Below, piece by piece: positions 1 through 10,830 of a stretch of DNA of 64,000 nucleotides. The position numbers and the translations under genes were made by a program. Below the pieces are notes generated by a model. It searched no databases, was not told where the DNA came from, and saw only the letters and a list, made by a program, of their open reading frames with translations. Source of the stretch: Podarcis pityusensis. Lineage: Eukaryota. The stretch lies in assembly GCA_964106645.2 (NCBI GenBank), contig OZ067043.1; one strand, 5' to 3'. The stretch's first letter is position 1. Each line of letters starts with the position of its first letter.

Positions 1-123
1 CTAGATTATAAGTAATGGGTACCAGGAACTGCAGAGGGACAAATTCTTGCAAATTGCTAGGAGCAGAAGAGATGTAGTTGGATATCTCAAGTGCGTTGAA
101 AATAAATATTTATGCTCCTAATG

Positions 124-259
124 TAGCCTTTTCCAACCTTGAGTCCCCAGATGTTGCTGGACCCCAGTTCCCATCATCCTTGACCACTGGACCTGCTAGC
201 TAAGAATGATGGGAGTTGTAGTCCAACAACATCTGGGGACCCACAGTTGGGAAAGGCTG
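124..259. mobile_element. Palindromic non-autonomous hAT-type MITE
   Basis: Terminal inverted repeats tagccttttccaac / gttgggaaaggctg, an internal palindrome (ttcccatcat...atgatgggag), and a near-perfect 8-bp TSD tcctaatg / ccctaatg. Confidence 0.75.
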
Positions 260-388
260 CCCTAATGTATACTGGGCCAAATGTTGCTAAAATCTGAAGT
301 AATGAAAATGGACTCAAGTGTCTGCTTTTTTTTATCAATGAGTATACCACAGCAGCAAAAATAGTATTATGGCTAAGTGGATAATGTG

Positions 389-740
389 GGACGCGGGTGG
401 CGCTGTGTCTAAACCACAGAGATTAAGGCTTGCTGATCAGAAGGTTGGCGGTTCAAATCCCCATGACGGGGTGAGCTCCTGTTGATCGGTCCCTGCTCCT
501 GCCAACCTAGCAGTTCGAAAGCACGTCAAAGTGCAAGTAGATAAATAGGCACCGCTCCGGCAGCAAGGCAAACAGCGTTTCCATGCACTGCTCTGGTTCA
601 CCAGAAGCGGCTTAGTCATGCTGGCCACATGACCCAGAAGCTGTACGCTGGCTCCCTCAGCCAGTAAAGAGAGATGAGTGCCACAACCCCAGAGTCATCC
701 ACTACTGGACCTAACGGTCGGGGTCCCTTTACCTTTACCT
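389..740 (+). mobile_element. Sauria SINE, full length
   Basis: GGGACGCGGGTGGCGCTGTG tRNA-like head, (ACCTTT)n tail, and TSD agtggataatgtg at 376-388 and 741-753. Closely similar to the copy at 60332. Confidence 0.9.
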
Positions 741-1505
741 AGTGGATAATGTGATGGCTCTGATAAATATCTAAGATGAGAAATAATGCAGCTAATGCAA
801 TGTTTACTTTGAGGAAGTAGAAAGGCACTTACAGTGCTGTATATGACATGTATTTGTCACTAAGCATTCATTGCACACTTGAGCTAAAACAGAACATACA
901 GTCTTTGCTGTCTATTTGAATAGCGATGATCATTTTAACTTGTGGTTACTAGGATTCGCATTTGTTCACCTGTGAATGGGTTACCGTTAAAGTGGAATAT
1001 AAATCCCAATCTATACAACAGAAACCTCTTTGAGCAAAGTAGTTCTTCAGTATACAGCTGTGTTCTTGTGTTTGTGTGTTTTGGAAAATCTTTAAATTAT
1101 TGCCATAAACGTAGGAAATCTATTAGCTGCCAAGCCCGTTGAGCTTGATTGGACAGTGTATCAGGGTTGCTCACCAGGAGCTGGTAACAATTCCTTACGG
1201 GTAAATACCTTGCTTGCTGGACCTGCTGTTCAAATTGAGCTGTGCGCTATAGGTGACGAGGCAGACAAACCTCCATGCATTGAATTCAATGCATTGAATT
1301 AGGCAGTCTTCCCAGTAGTTGTCCTGACTTGTTTGCCCACTGTTTAGATTGTGCTGGGCTGTCACATGACTTACTGTTAAAACTTGAAACACACCTGATA
1401 GGAGACTTGCAGGAGTATTTATGGAACCAACCTTGGGAGGAGAATCCACAGTTTGAACTGTATTACCTACACTGGGCCCCCAGTTATGCTAGTTTTGTTT
1501 TGAAG

Positions 1506-1717
1506 CCTTTCAGACTCCAACTGGAATGCCATATGGGACAGTGAACTTACTACATGGAGTAAACCCTGGAGAGACACCAATTACTTGTACTGCTGGAATT
1601 GGTACATTTATAGTGGAATTTGCTACGTTAAGTCATCTTACAGGTGACCCAATATTTGAGGATGTTGCCAGAAAGGCTCTTAAGACCCTCTGGAAAAATC
1701 GTTCTGATATTGGCTTG
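1506..1717 (+). CDS. EDEM2: EDEM2 coding exon (212 bp)
   Basis: aag|cc...ttg|gtgagt; (A)[18 protein letters not shown]...RSDIGL. Confidence 0.95.
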
Positions 1718-4700
1718 GTGAGTGGAAAAGCCTCATGTCACACTTTCCATCTAGTTTGATTTTTGTTGAAAGTATGGTCGAATTCTTTTAAAACACTGCC
1801 ACTGAAACACATTGATTGCAAGAATATAACAGTACCAGGTCCACCATGTACCATAAATGTACACAGGCTGGTATGAGCTTAATCCTACTCCCAAACCTCT
1901 GTTGTTTGTCTACATCAAGGCTGAGCATGATGATCATCACCATTTTTCAGTAGCTTGTGGTCCAGATACCTTGAGCTTTTTTGCAAGAATACAATGGATG
2001 ATCATATTAGAAGACGGCTTGTGAAGTTCCAATACTTGTAGAAACCTACATTGCTTGCTACCAGTCACTTCCTACCTCCACATTCTTACAAATCTTTTAA
2101 AAAAAAGATTTGCTCTTACATTTTCGCAGGTATACAAATCAGTTCAGGAATTTCCTCATTGGTCATTTCTCATCATCATCACTATCTTAAATGAATCTCT
2201 TCTGTCATGGAACTCAAGAGAGCATACATGACCCATCCAAACACTGACCAGACTCAGACCTGCTTAAGTTCAGCAAGGTGGTGGTCTCATGTGCCTTCAG
2301 ACCCTCCCACTCCCATCCACCACCCATTAGCCATTGGTCCTTGTTTTCACTGAAAACTGGTATGATCCACAAAGTGTCTGTCACAGGATTTAATGTTGAA
2401 ATGAAATTCACTCCGGGGGAAATTCAATGTATTCAGTTACGTTCTAGGCTTATAGTATGTTCTTGGGCAAATCCAAGAACTTGGAACCGGAAAGCAGCTG
2501 GGAATTTAAATAAAGATCAAAACAGTTGATGCCATGCTAAGCATTCTAGTTTAAAAGGCTGTGTTAATGAATCATTAATGTTGCATGTTAGAGATGCCTG
2601 GTCCTGTGCTAGTTCTCCTAATCAGACTCATTGAAGTTAACGAACATGGCTAACTTATGTCCATTAATTTCAGTGGGCCTATTCTGAGTAAAAATTAGTT
2701 GACTACTACCCATTGTGTTTTTTTTAAGAATTGGTACAGTAACACACATTGTTGGCACTAAATGCATGTTAGAAGGACTGCAGAAATTAAGATTTTTTTG
2801 TTATGTCTTTGTGCTTTTTGGAAGCTTGTACAGATAACAAACCAAGGATCTATTGTTTGCTGAAATGTATAGAAATGTAAACCTATGCTAATCCCAATCT
2901 ACAGCTTTTAATAAATGAGGCTTTTTTTCTTTCTTCAGGTGGGTAATCATGTTGATGTGGTAACTGCCAAATGGGTAGCCCAGGATGCTGGCATTGGCGC
3001 CGGAGTAGATTCCTATTTTGAGTATCTTGTTAAAGGAGCCATCCTATTGCAGGACGAGGAGCTGATGTCAATGTTTCTAGGTGAGTTCAGAAAGGGCCAT
3101 AGCTCAGTGGCAGGGCATCATCTTTGCATGCCAAAGGTCCCTGGTTCCATCCCTGGCATCTCCAGGTAGGGTCAGGAAATACCTCCACCTGACATCTCGG
3201 AGAGTCATTGCCAGCCATGGTGGACAATGCTCATTGGCTTCCTTCCTTCACCACATTAGAGAAGGGCTGTAGCTCAGGGATATAACATCTGCTTTGCATG
3301 CAAGAGGTCCCAGGGTTTGGGAATCTCTCTTCTCTGCAGCCTTAGAGAGCTGCTTATCGTCAGTGTGGACAAAACTGAGCTAGATGGGCAAAGGATCTGA
3401 CTCAGTCTAAGGCAGTGACATGTGATGGTCTTGTTCAGTGGTGATGAGCACAATTGAGAGAATCACACTTTAAAGCTTCTGATTATGCATCGGCAGCCCT
3501 GTCTCTGTCTGCCCCTGTCAGGTTTGGGGCAGTCTTGCAGCCAAATTGGAACAGGTGCCAGGCCAAATCAGGATGCATGTCCAGGCCATGGCCCCGGAGG
3601 CTCCTTGCCCCTGCTTTAATGATAACTCATGTGCCATTTTTTCTCTTTCCCTCCTTGAACAGCAACTGCTCTGTAGAAGCTCATCTGTTGTGAGCAGAGT
3701 TCCCTTTTAAAATATTTTTGTATTTTCATCCCTTTAACATTGTTAAGCATAAAAGGAAATTCCAATGATAAATGTGTTCTTTGAAATATATGCAGATAGA
3801 TTATATGAAAGCCAGTTCATTTTCAGGTGCTCTGAAATTCTTCTTCCAATGTTTATCGTTCATTTTGACTTGTCTTTCTGTAGACTACAACAAAGCTATA
3901 AGCAACTACACAAAATTTGATGATTGGTACCTCTGGGTTCAGATGTATAAAGGAACAGTCTCAATGCCTGTTTTTCAGTCCCTTGAAGCCTACTGGCCTG
4001 GCTTGCAGGTAAGGGCTGATGAAGAACAGGTATGTTTTAACTCAGGGATCGCTAAAGAACTTGTGGCTCTTCATATGTTGTTGGACGCTGTGGTCAAGCA
4101 ATACTTGGTGGCCACAGGTTCCATCCCTCTTTTAATTGCTTGTGTTCTTCATAATTCCATTTCTACAGTAAAACTGAGAACCCGCACCAGAGTAGGCGTC
4201 CAATGCAGTATAACATGAATCCAGTCTTTTTGCCTGTGTTGGATAATCCTGTACTTAAATCAGAAGTGTTAAAGCAGATGAGGACAAATATCTGCACTGA
4301 GAAAACCAGCTGTGGCTTTTTCTTGCCAAGAAAACAGTTAGCAATAATCCACTTTTCGTTGTCTCTCTGATTCCGTGTGAACTGTAATTCCGCTGAGAAT
4401 CTGACAAAGGCTGTTTTAGTATCTAGGAATGAAAATGAACGATTTCCTAAAACAGAGTAGCCCTATTAAACTTAAACATGTTGTTTCTAGTAGATTTCTT
4501 TCCAGACTTAAAAAAAACCTGGTTGCCACTGAGGTGTCTGTCCTATGGTTATTTTATATTCCAAGTCTTCTTACAGACATCATCTCAGTACATAGTTGAT
4601 TGTGCTATTACGGTTCTTCTCCTGCCCCCCCCCCCTTTTCCTTTTTTTAAAGCAGATTAAGTACTATTTGAGGGTTCTAGTTGTACACTGTGCTTGGTTT

Positions 4701-7700
4701 GATTATGTCTGCTATGCTCTATTCTTTCTGTTACCTCACTGGGTTTTTTATGGTTTTATTCTTCCTCCCAGAGCCTCATTGGAGACATAGATAGTGCAAT
4801 GCGAACATTCCTCAATTATTACACTGTTTGGAAGCAGTTTGGTGGGTTGCCTGAGTTCTACAATATTCCCCAGGGTTATACAGTGGAAAAGCGTGAAGGG
4901 TATCCACTTAGACCTGGTAAATGAGAAATAAGTATTTTGTATGTGACATCTTTCATTTGTTGTTTACAAGTCATATAAATACTGCAGATGTATGTTTAAA
5001 TAAAATAATTTATATACTGCTTAACTACAGTAATCTCCAAGCAGTTTACAAGGATGAAATACTGAAAGTAAATATTGGTTAGAACTATAAAATCAAAATC
5101 CAATTAAAATGCCTGCTGGAACAACAACAAAAAATGTCTTCAGTAGGCACTGGAAGTTCAGCAGGGAGGGAGGGAGTCTTCATGACATTCCTCCTAGGGG
5201 TGCAGCAATAAAACTGCTAGCACATTTGCAAAACTAAGCATGGTTTCAAAGCAGATGAGGAGACTGTGTGTTAAGATTCCTGCCTTGCAGGTGGTTGGAG
5301 ATGACCCTCAAGACCCCTTCCAATTCTATGATTCCATTATGTCATCTGGAAGCAAGTGCCATAAAATTGGGTCCACAATACTAAACCCAATGGCTCCTGG
5401 TGAATACGAGCCATGCATGCAAGCCACGGGGGACCACTAACAGTAACTCCCCCAAAGACCTCAGTAATTAAGAAGAGATACAAGGGATTAGGCAGGTATC
5501 CTGGACCCAAATTGTTAAGGGCCTTGTAAAGTTATATAAAAACCTTGAGCATGGCTTAGTAGCGTATGGGCAGTCAGTGTAAACTTTTGAACACTGCAGT
5601 TATGTGCTGGCGGTAATCTGCTCCTATTGACAGTCTAGCCCACAGCATTTTGCATCAGCTGGAACCTCTGGACCAGGCCCAAATGCAGCCCCACATAGAG
5701 CACACTGCATTAATAGAGTCTTGAGGTTACTGTAATGGCCATAGTCAGCATACCAGCTGAAGCTAGTAAAAGGCACTCCTCATCACCAAGGCCTCCCTAG
5801 CCTCCAGCAACAAAGATAGATACAGGAGACACCCCCCCCCAAAAAAGTCCAAGCTTCTTCATTCAGAGGGAGCACAACTCCACCCAGAACAGGCAAGTGT
5901 CCAGTCTCCCAGACACATGAACCACCATCCCAAAGGGCTTCCGTCCTCCTACAGTTCATGCTTAGTTTACTGGTCCTCGTCCAGATCACCCCTCCACCTA
6001 GGCAAGTGTTTAGATCATGCATAGCATCCCCTGACTCAATGTTATGGAGAAGTAGAGCTGTGTGTTGATAGCCTATTGATGACCCTTAGCCCCAAATCAT
6101 CTAAAGACCACACACAGTGATGTCATATAGATATTAAACTAGATTGTTTAAGACTTTAGCTTGTACCTTGTGGCTTCCTTTTGGATGATCTCCAAGTTGC
6201 TTTGTGGTTTGCCTTGGTTATAGATAAATCTATAGATCATTAACATTTCAGTCTAAGTGGCTCCTGAACCTCTTTCTGTTAAAAAGAGGGTTCCAAATGC
6301 ATATTGTTCTCTAGTGTTGCCGAAGGCAGCAGCTTTGAACAGCAAGCTACCTCTTAACGCAGAATAAAATGAGTTCCAAACTACGTGGCATGATGGGGGG
6401 AAGGTTTTAAGGAAAACTGATTATTTTGTCCCTTATTCAATAATAGATGACCCCTGTTTTGAACTATTGTGTGTTCTGAATCTTTGGGAAACTGTGCAGG
6501 TGCTTCCTGTATATTGAATAAATGCATGTGTATGCAATGATGTAACTTAAGGGGTGGGATTCACCTCATCAGTTGAAACCCTGTGCAATGGGGCTTCCCC
6601 TCTCTCCTTCATGTGCCTCCTGAAATTGGTTCGGGGGTTGAAGAGAACCCCCCCGAGTACAGCACAGGGGAGGGGAGATAATTCCGTCTGGAAAGCTGAT
6701 AATCTTGTGCGTACAGAATATTTTTAATAGCGCAACATTGATTTCCACCCAAGCTTTTTCTTTTTTGTATTTTTGCAGAACTGATAGAGAGCGCAATGTA
6801 CCTATATCGTGCTACCCAAGATCCCACCCTTTTGGAACTGGGCAGAGATGTTGTAGAGTCAATAGAAAAAATCAGCAAGGTTGAGTGTGGCTTTGCAACA
6901 GTTAAGTATTTCTCCTGAACTCTCTTCCCCTGCCCCTTTCTTTTTAGTAATGGACTAGTGTGTCCCTCTCAAGCATCCTTTTCTCACTAGCAAAAGTTAA
7001 CCTACCAGAATGTGTCGTCTTGGTTGGTGTGTGTGTGTTTTATTCTGTGGCACAAATATGGTACTGATTCTAAGTTCTGCTTATTTCAACAGTAGACTTG
7101 AACTCCTGATTCGTGCCGCTGTATATTTCTCCAGAATGTTGCTGAAACAATTGTACGACAGATTCTGGCATATGCAGTGTAACCACTTTTCCCTCCATTT
7201 ATTTTAAAGATCAAAGACCTGCGAGATCACAAACTAGATAACCGCATGGAGTCCTTCTTCCTGGCTGAAACAGTGAAATATTTGTATCTACTGTTTGATC
7301 CTGACAACTTTATCCATAACAATGGGTCATCCTTTGACGTCGTACTGACACCCTATGGAGAATGTGTTCTTGGTGCTGGTGGATACATCTTCAATACTGA
7401 AGCTCATCCTATAGACCCTGCTGCACTGCACTGTTGCAGGAAACAAAAGGAAGAGCAGTGGGAGGTAGAAGATCTAGTGAGAGAGTTCTATTCTCTGAAA
7501 AGAAGCAAGAAGTTCACTTTGACAAGAACTTCCGGTGGAAGAGAAGCAGAGACGCACAAAGACTCTGCAGATACTTCTTCAGAAGGCCGCAAAGAGCAAA
7601 TGAACACTAAACAGAAAGAGAAAAGGAAAATCCCACTCCTGAGCTGCCCTAGTCAACCCTTTAACTCCAAACTGGCTGTTCTAGGGCAGGTCTTCTTAGA

Positions 7701-7710
7701 CAATACTTGA
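1506..7710 (+). CDS. EDEM2: EDEM2, ER degradation-enhancing alpha-mannosidase-like 2 (GH47), 3' part; 5' exons lie upstream of the window
   Basis: Six GT-AG exons: 1506-1717, 2939-3080, 3884-4008, 4772-4916, 6779-6900, 7210-7710 (TGA). They splice in frame to [15 protein letters not shown]...[14 protein letters not shown]...YPLRPELIES...[20 protein letters not shown]...FNTEAHP...LLSCPSQPF, which are GH47 motifs and match recalled EDEM2. Confidence 0.97.
2939..3080 (+). CDS. EDEM2: EDEM2 coding exon (142 bp)
   Basis: ttcag|gtg...ctag|gtgagt; [30 protein letters not shown]. Confidence 0.95.
3091..3420 (+). mobile_element. Two tandem degenerate tRNA-derived SINEs (Squam3-like)
   Basis: Two heads (agggccatagctcagtgg...gcatgccaaaggtccc and agggctgtagctcaggg...gcatgcaagaggtccc) with ctgagctagatgg...ctgactcag...aaggcag tail sequence. 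The family name is from recollection. Confidence 0.6.
3884..4008 (+). CDS. EDEM2: EDEM2 coding exon (125 bp)
   Basis: tgtag|ac...cag|gtaagg; [18 protein letters not shown]...AYWPGLQ. Confidence 0.95.
4772..4916 (+). CDS. EDEM2: EDEM2 coding exon (145 bp)
   Basis: ccag|agc...cctg|gtaaat; [17 protein letters not shown]...EGYPLRP. Confidence 0.95.
5450..6140 (-). mobile_element. Degenerate L2-clade LINE ORF2 3' fragment
   Basis: The minus-strand ORF 5783-6022 (...[12 protein letters not shown]...[20 protein letters not shown]) resembles the L2 ORF2 C-terminal LKLNPxKTE...LGV segment. A CR1-like tail (ttccaattctatgattc) lies at ~5270-5337. Confidence 0.55.
6551..6750. repeat. Dispersed palindromic MITE-like family (related copies ~13645-13820, ~27255-27440, ~48080-48280)
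   Basis: gggtgggatt...atttccaccc ends with a shared core (ccaaatctgctct...ggggg), seen several times in the window. Confidence 0.5.
6779..6900 (+). CDS. EDEM2: EDEM2 coding exon (122 bp)
   Basis: tgcag|aa...aca|gttaag; [13 protein letters not shown]...KVECGFAT. Confidence 0.94.
7210..7710 (+). CDS. EDEM2: EDEM2 last coding exon
   Basis: ttaaag|atc; [21 protein letters not shown]...GQVFLDNT*. Confidence 0.95.
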   Translation: MKDLRDHKLDNRMESFFLAETVKYLYLLFDPDNFIHNNGSSFDVVLTPYGECVLGAGGYIFNTEAHPIDPAALHCCRKQKEEQWEVEDLVREFYSLKRSKKFTLTRTSGGREAETHKDSADTSSEGRKEQMNTKQKEKRKIPLLSCPSQPFNSKLAVLGQVFLDNT

Positions 7711-8262
7711 TTCCTTTGCTCTGATTCAGAGTTGTTGATTTCAATAAATATGTATTTTATTTGCACTTTTCTGTTGCTGTTTCCTTAGAGGGATATCTAT
7801 CCTTAGGGGCATATCTTCAAACGGGCGTAAATTGTGTTTTGGCATACATCCACTTTGGAAAGCAGAAGTATTTTGAGACCAACAAAAAGCAATTGTATGA
7901 CACTTAGTATAGCTTTAGTTCCCAGATTGCGCCAGCCCCCTGCATGCCTTGTTTGTTAATTTTTCTCTCTCTATCTCTCTTTCAGAGAGTGTTCATACTC
8001 TTTAACCACAGGCAGCACGGCAAGTTTGATCTGATATTAAATAGTCATGTTGGCCTCATGCAAAAAGAAATATGGCAAGCAAGTTTTTGAACTGCATAAT
8101 CTTTAGGCAAATGTGTTTAGAATACAAAAATAGGTTACATTCTCAGGTTGTGGGTGCCTGGATGCAACACCATTACCTGGGTGAGACTCGTTCAAGTAAT
8201 GTACAACTTAAACAGCTGCATCTAAATAAGGTATAGTTTGAAAACTTGCCACACACTGTGCC

Positions 8263-8268
8263 AATAAA
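8263..8268 (+). terminator. Candidate EDEM2 polyadenylation signal (a proximal AATAAA also lies at 7743-7748)
   Basis: AATAAA followed by GT/T-rich sequence (tgttgtcttggt...tgtttgttt). Confidence 0.55.
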
Positions 8269-8439
8269 ATGTTGTCTTGGTCTGTAGTCAACAAGATGTT
8301 TGTTTACAGCATGGTGACAGGGTGGATCTTGCAGATACGGTGTACTTGGTAGCTCTGTCCTGCAAAGTACCCAATTCAGATTTCACTCTTGCCAAGAGTT
8401 TGCTACATGGCCCTTAGTCAAACAGCTGTGCAATCACAC

Positions 8440-8540
8440 TTTGCCTGCTGTCTGCAAGGTGGAGATAACATACAGTACTAACCTACAGAGTTGCCATAAA
8501 GATTGCTGAGATAATTATGCTGAGTGCTTTGAATTCTGAC
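8440..8540 (+). mobile_element. MIR/CORE-SINE remnant
   Basis: tctgcaaggtggagataa...tactaacctacagagttg...gagataat...agtgcttt resembles the MIR core/3' consensus. Confidence 0.5.
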
Positions 8541-9689
8541 ATCCTGTATACATGTTAAGTTGATAGCTGTGAGAATAGATGGATTCACACATTTCTATCA
8601 TGGACATTAAAGAGAAGGGTGATTATTTGTAGTCTTGGGGCTTTCCAATTGGGACACGATGGTGGCTTCTGATTTGTATGTGGTTGTTCTGGCAAAGACA
8701 TCTATCTTACTCTATAGCTGGGAGTACTTTTTGTATAAAGCAGGTTTTTTTTAAAGGGGATTTAACGGTATATAATGCAGCTTCCATTTTAAGATGCATT
8801 GCTTTTCTTTGTTTAGAGAGAAGCAAACCATGAGTGTTGGCTTGCAAGTAACAAGAAGTCAACCTTTGTTCCCCAGTGTGGCAACAGCAAAACTGAAATA
8901 TAAATGAAGCAAGCAAAAAGAAAAGGGGAAGAAACCTCTTGCAGGCAGAGACTTGTGTTTCTATTTTTATATGCTATACATATGGGGTACTTTTTATAAA
9001 TAATAAATGACAATAAGTGAGCTAGTAGGAAGGCTGTAAATCCTGGAACACGTAGAGATGGGACTGGTATAAGTTCCATGTTGGCAATTTCTAGGATTTC
9101 TGCCAGATTTTAAACAGACAGTTTGTCTGAAAGGAGCAGAAAAGCTCCCATTTTGTGATTATGGGTCAGCATAATTGCATAGAAGCGACTTGCATTTACT
9201 TTTTCTTTCCACTTATATATTCTCATGTCCCATTTAAGGACAAAACCCTGTGATTTCACCTTGGCCAACCTCCCAGCTTCGCTTTACTATTTACCCTGTT
9301 GAACTTATGGAGAGGAACTTGAAAGCTTGTACGCTACTTTGTTCCATGTTGGTTGGCCTGATTAAGGTATTGTGCTACTATGGATTATAGAATCTTTCTT
9401 GTGGGCTGATATAGCGTCCCTAAACTTTTGTGTTCACAGGGTTGCTTAGAAAATGCACGTGAAGTGCTTCAAATATTCTAATATGCAGTAGTAATATAAT
9501 TATTATTATTAGTAGTGATACTGTAATTATTACCTTATTATATTATATATGCACATAATATGCTGATGCCGATTATAAAAAAGTAGTTGTTAGTAATATT
9601 TCGTACACAACTATAGCTTAATTGAAGAAAGGCTTTACATGTAGCTATCTAACAAAGCAAAATGGGGGGGGGGGCATTTAAAAAGAACC

Positions 9690-10830
9690 TCACGTGCCTT
9701 TGTGTCTGCGGAAAGCGTCGCACAAAATACCGGAAATCCTGGCTTTGACTGAAGGGAGAAGGAGATGACAGCTTCGCCTCTCCGCTTCTTACGTGCTTCC
9801 CTCACACGCATCCCTTTCTGCGAGTAAAGCTGCTCGCAGTTTACGGCCAAAGACTACGTTTCCCATCAGCTCCTGGGGAGTGGGGGAAACGGGAAGAGGC
9901 AGGCGCGTACTCCTCTCCCCACCAATCAGGAGGCGGCTGGCTGTGCGCGCGGCCGGGCCAGCTGGGGTCGCTGCGGAGCAGCCCGGGAGACGTTCCGTTC
10001 AAAGCGCCTGAGAGGAGGGGCGCTTCCTGTTTAGCCAGAGGCAGGAGCGGCTATGGCGGCGGCGGCGAAAGGAGCAGGAGCGGCGCCCCCGCTCGCGGCA
10101 GCGGGCTCGGATCCCGGAGCGCCGGGGCGGACGGGAGCCTGCCGAAGGCCGGCCAACATCCTGGCCCAGCTCCGGCAGGCGCAGCTCAGTGGCCGGGGCC
10201 TGTCGCGGGGGCCGCAGGTACCGCGGGGCTGAGGCGGGCTTTGTGGGAAGGCCGAGGCTGAGGCGACGCCGACACGCCACCTCCCTCAGAAGAGGCTCCG
10301 CTCGGGAGACGGGGCGGCGGCGGCGGGAGGGACGAGGCGGGGAGCGAGGCCGCGGCCGAGCCACGTCCCATTCTAGCCTATCCTTTTGCAGCTCGCTCTG
10401 GGGTGGGAAGTGGGGGGCGGTTTTCGCCCCGTCCCTCCCTTGCGTGTGATGCCGCCCCTTTGTCTCTCCCCACCCCCAGACTCGCATCCAGGAGGCGGCC
10501 CTTCTTGGCACCCGTTAAGGCGAGCTCGGGCAATTTTATCCCATCTCCCCCACCCTCGGAAATATGGGAGTCAGAGGCTTTCTGCCGCTCGTCTTTCTGG
10601 GCTCCCAGGGAATCCTGGAGTTTCTGCTGCGAGGCCTGCTTGGCTTCCTGGTCTGCAACTCTCAACGGCTTTTCTGTTAATAAGGCCATTGCCTCTGGCA
10701 TTTGCTGAAGTCCGGTACCTTTCCCCCAGGAGCATGCAATCCAGTTTACTTCGTTGGAAAGGTGTCGTCTTGCCTTGCTCGCCGGAGTTTTTTGCGCGCG
10801 CACGGGCGTCTTGCACAGCCCCATGGCAAG
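9690..10830 (+). promoter_or_regulatory. CpG-island promoter of TRPC4AP
   Basis: Sharp rise in GC and CpG around exon 1. Motifs seen: E-box CACGTG 9691-9696, ZNF143/SBS-like ACTACGTTTCCCA 9853-9865, CCAAT 9922-9926, ETS-like GCTTCCTGT ~10022, YY1-like ATGGCGGC at the start codon. No TATA box. Confidence 0.85.
10053..10217 (+). CDS. TRPC4AP: TRPC4AP exon 1 (coding part)
   Basis: gctATGGcg Kozak; MAAAAKG...RPANILAQLRQAQLSGRGLSRGPQ|gtaccg. Confidence 0.9.

Noticed and set aside
437-628. ORFs 437-628 and 60409-60741 sharing GTYLSTCTL/FRTARLAGAG
   Set aside because: Antisense translations of two Sauria SINE copies, not a gene family.
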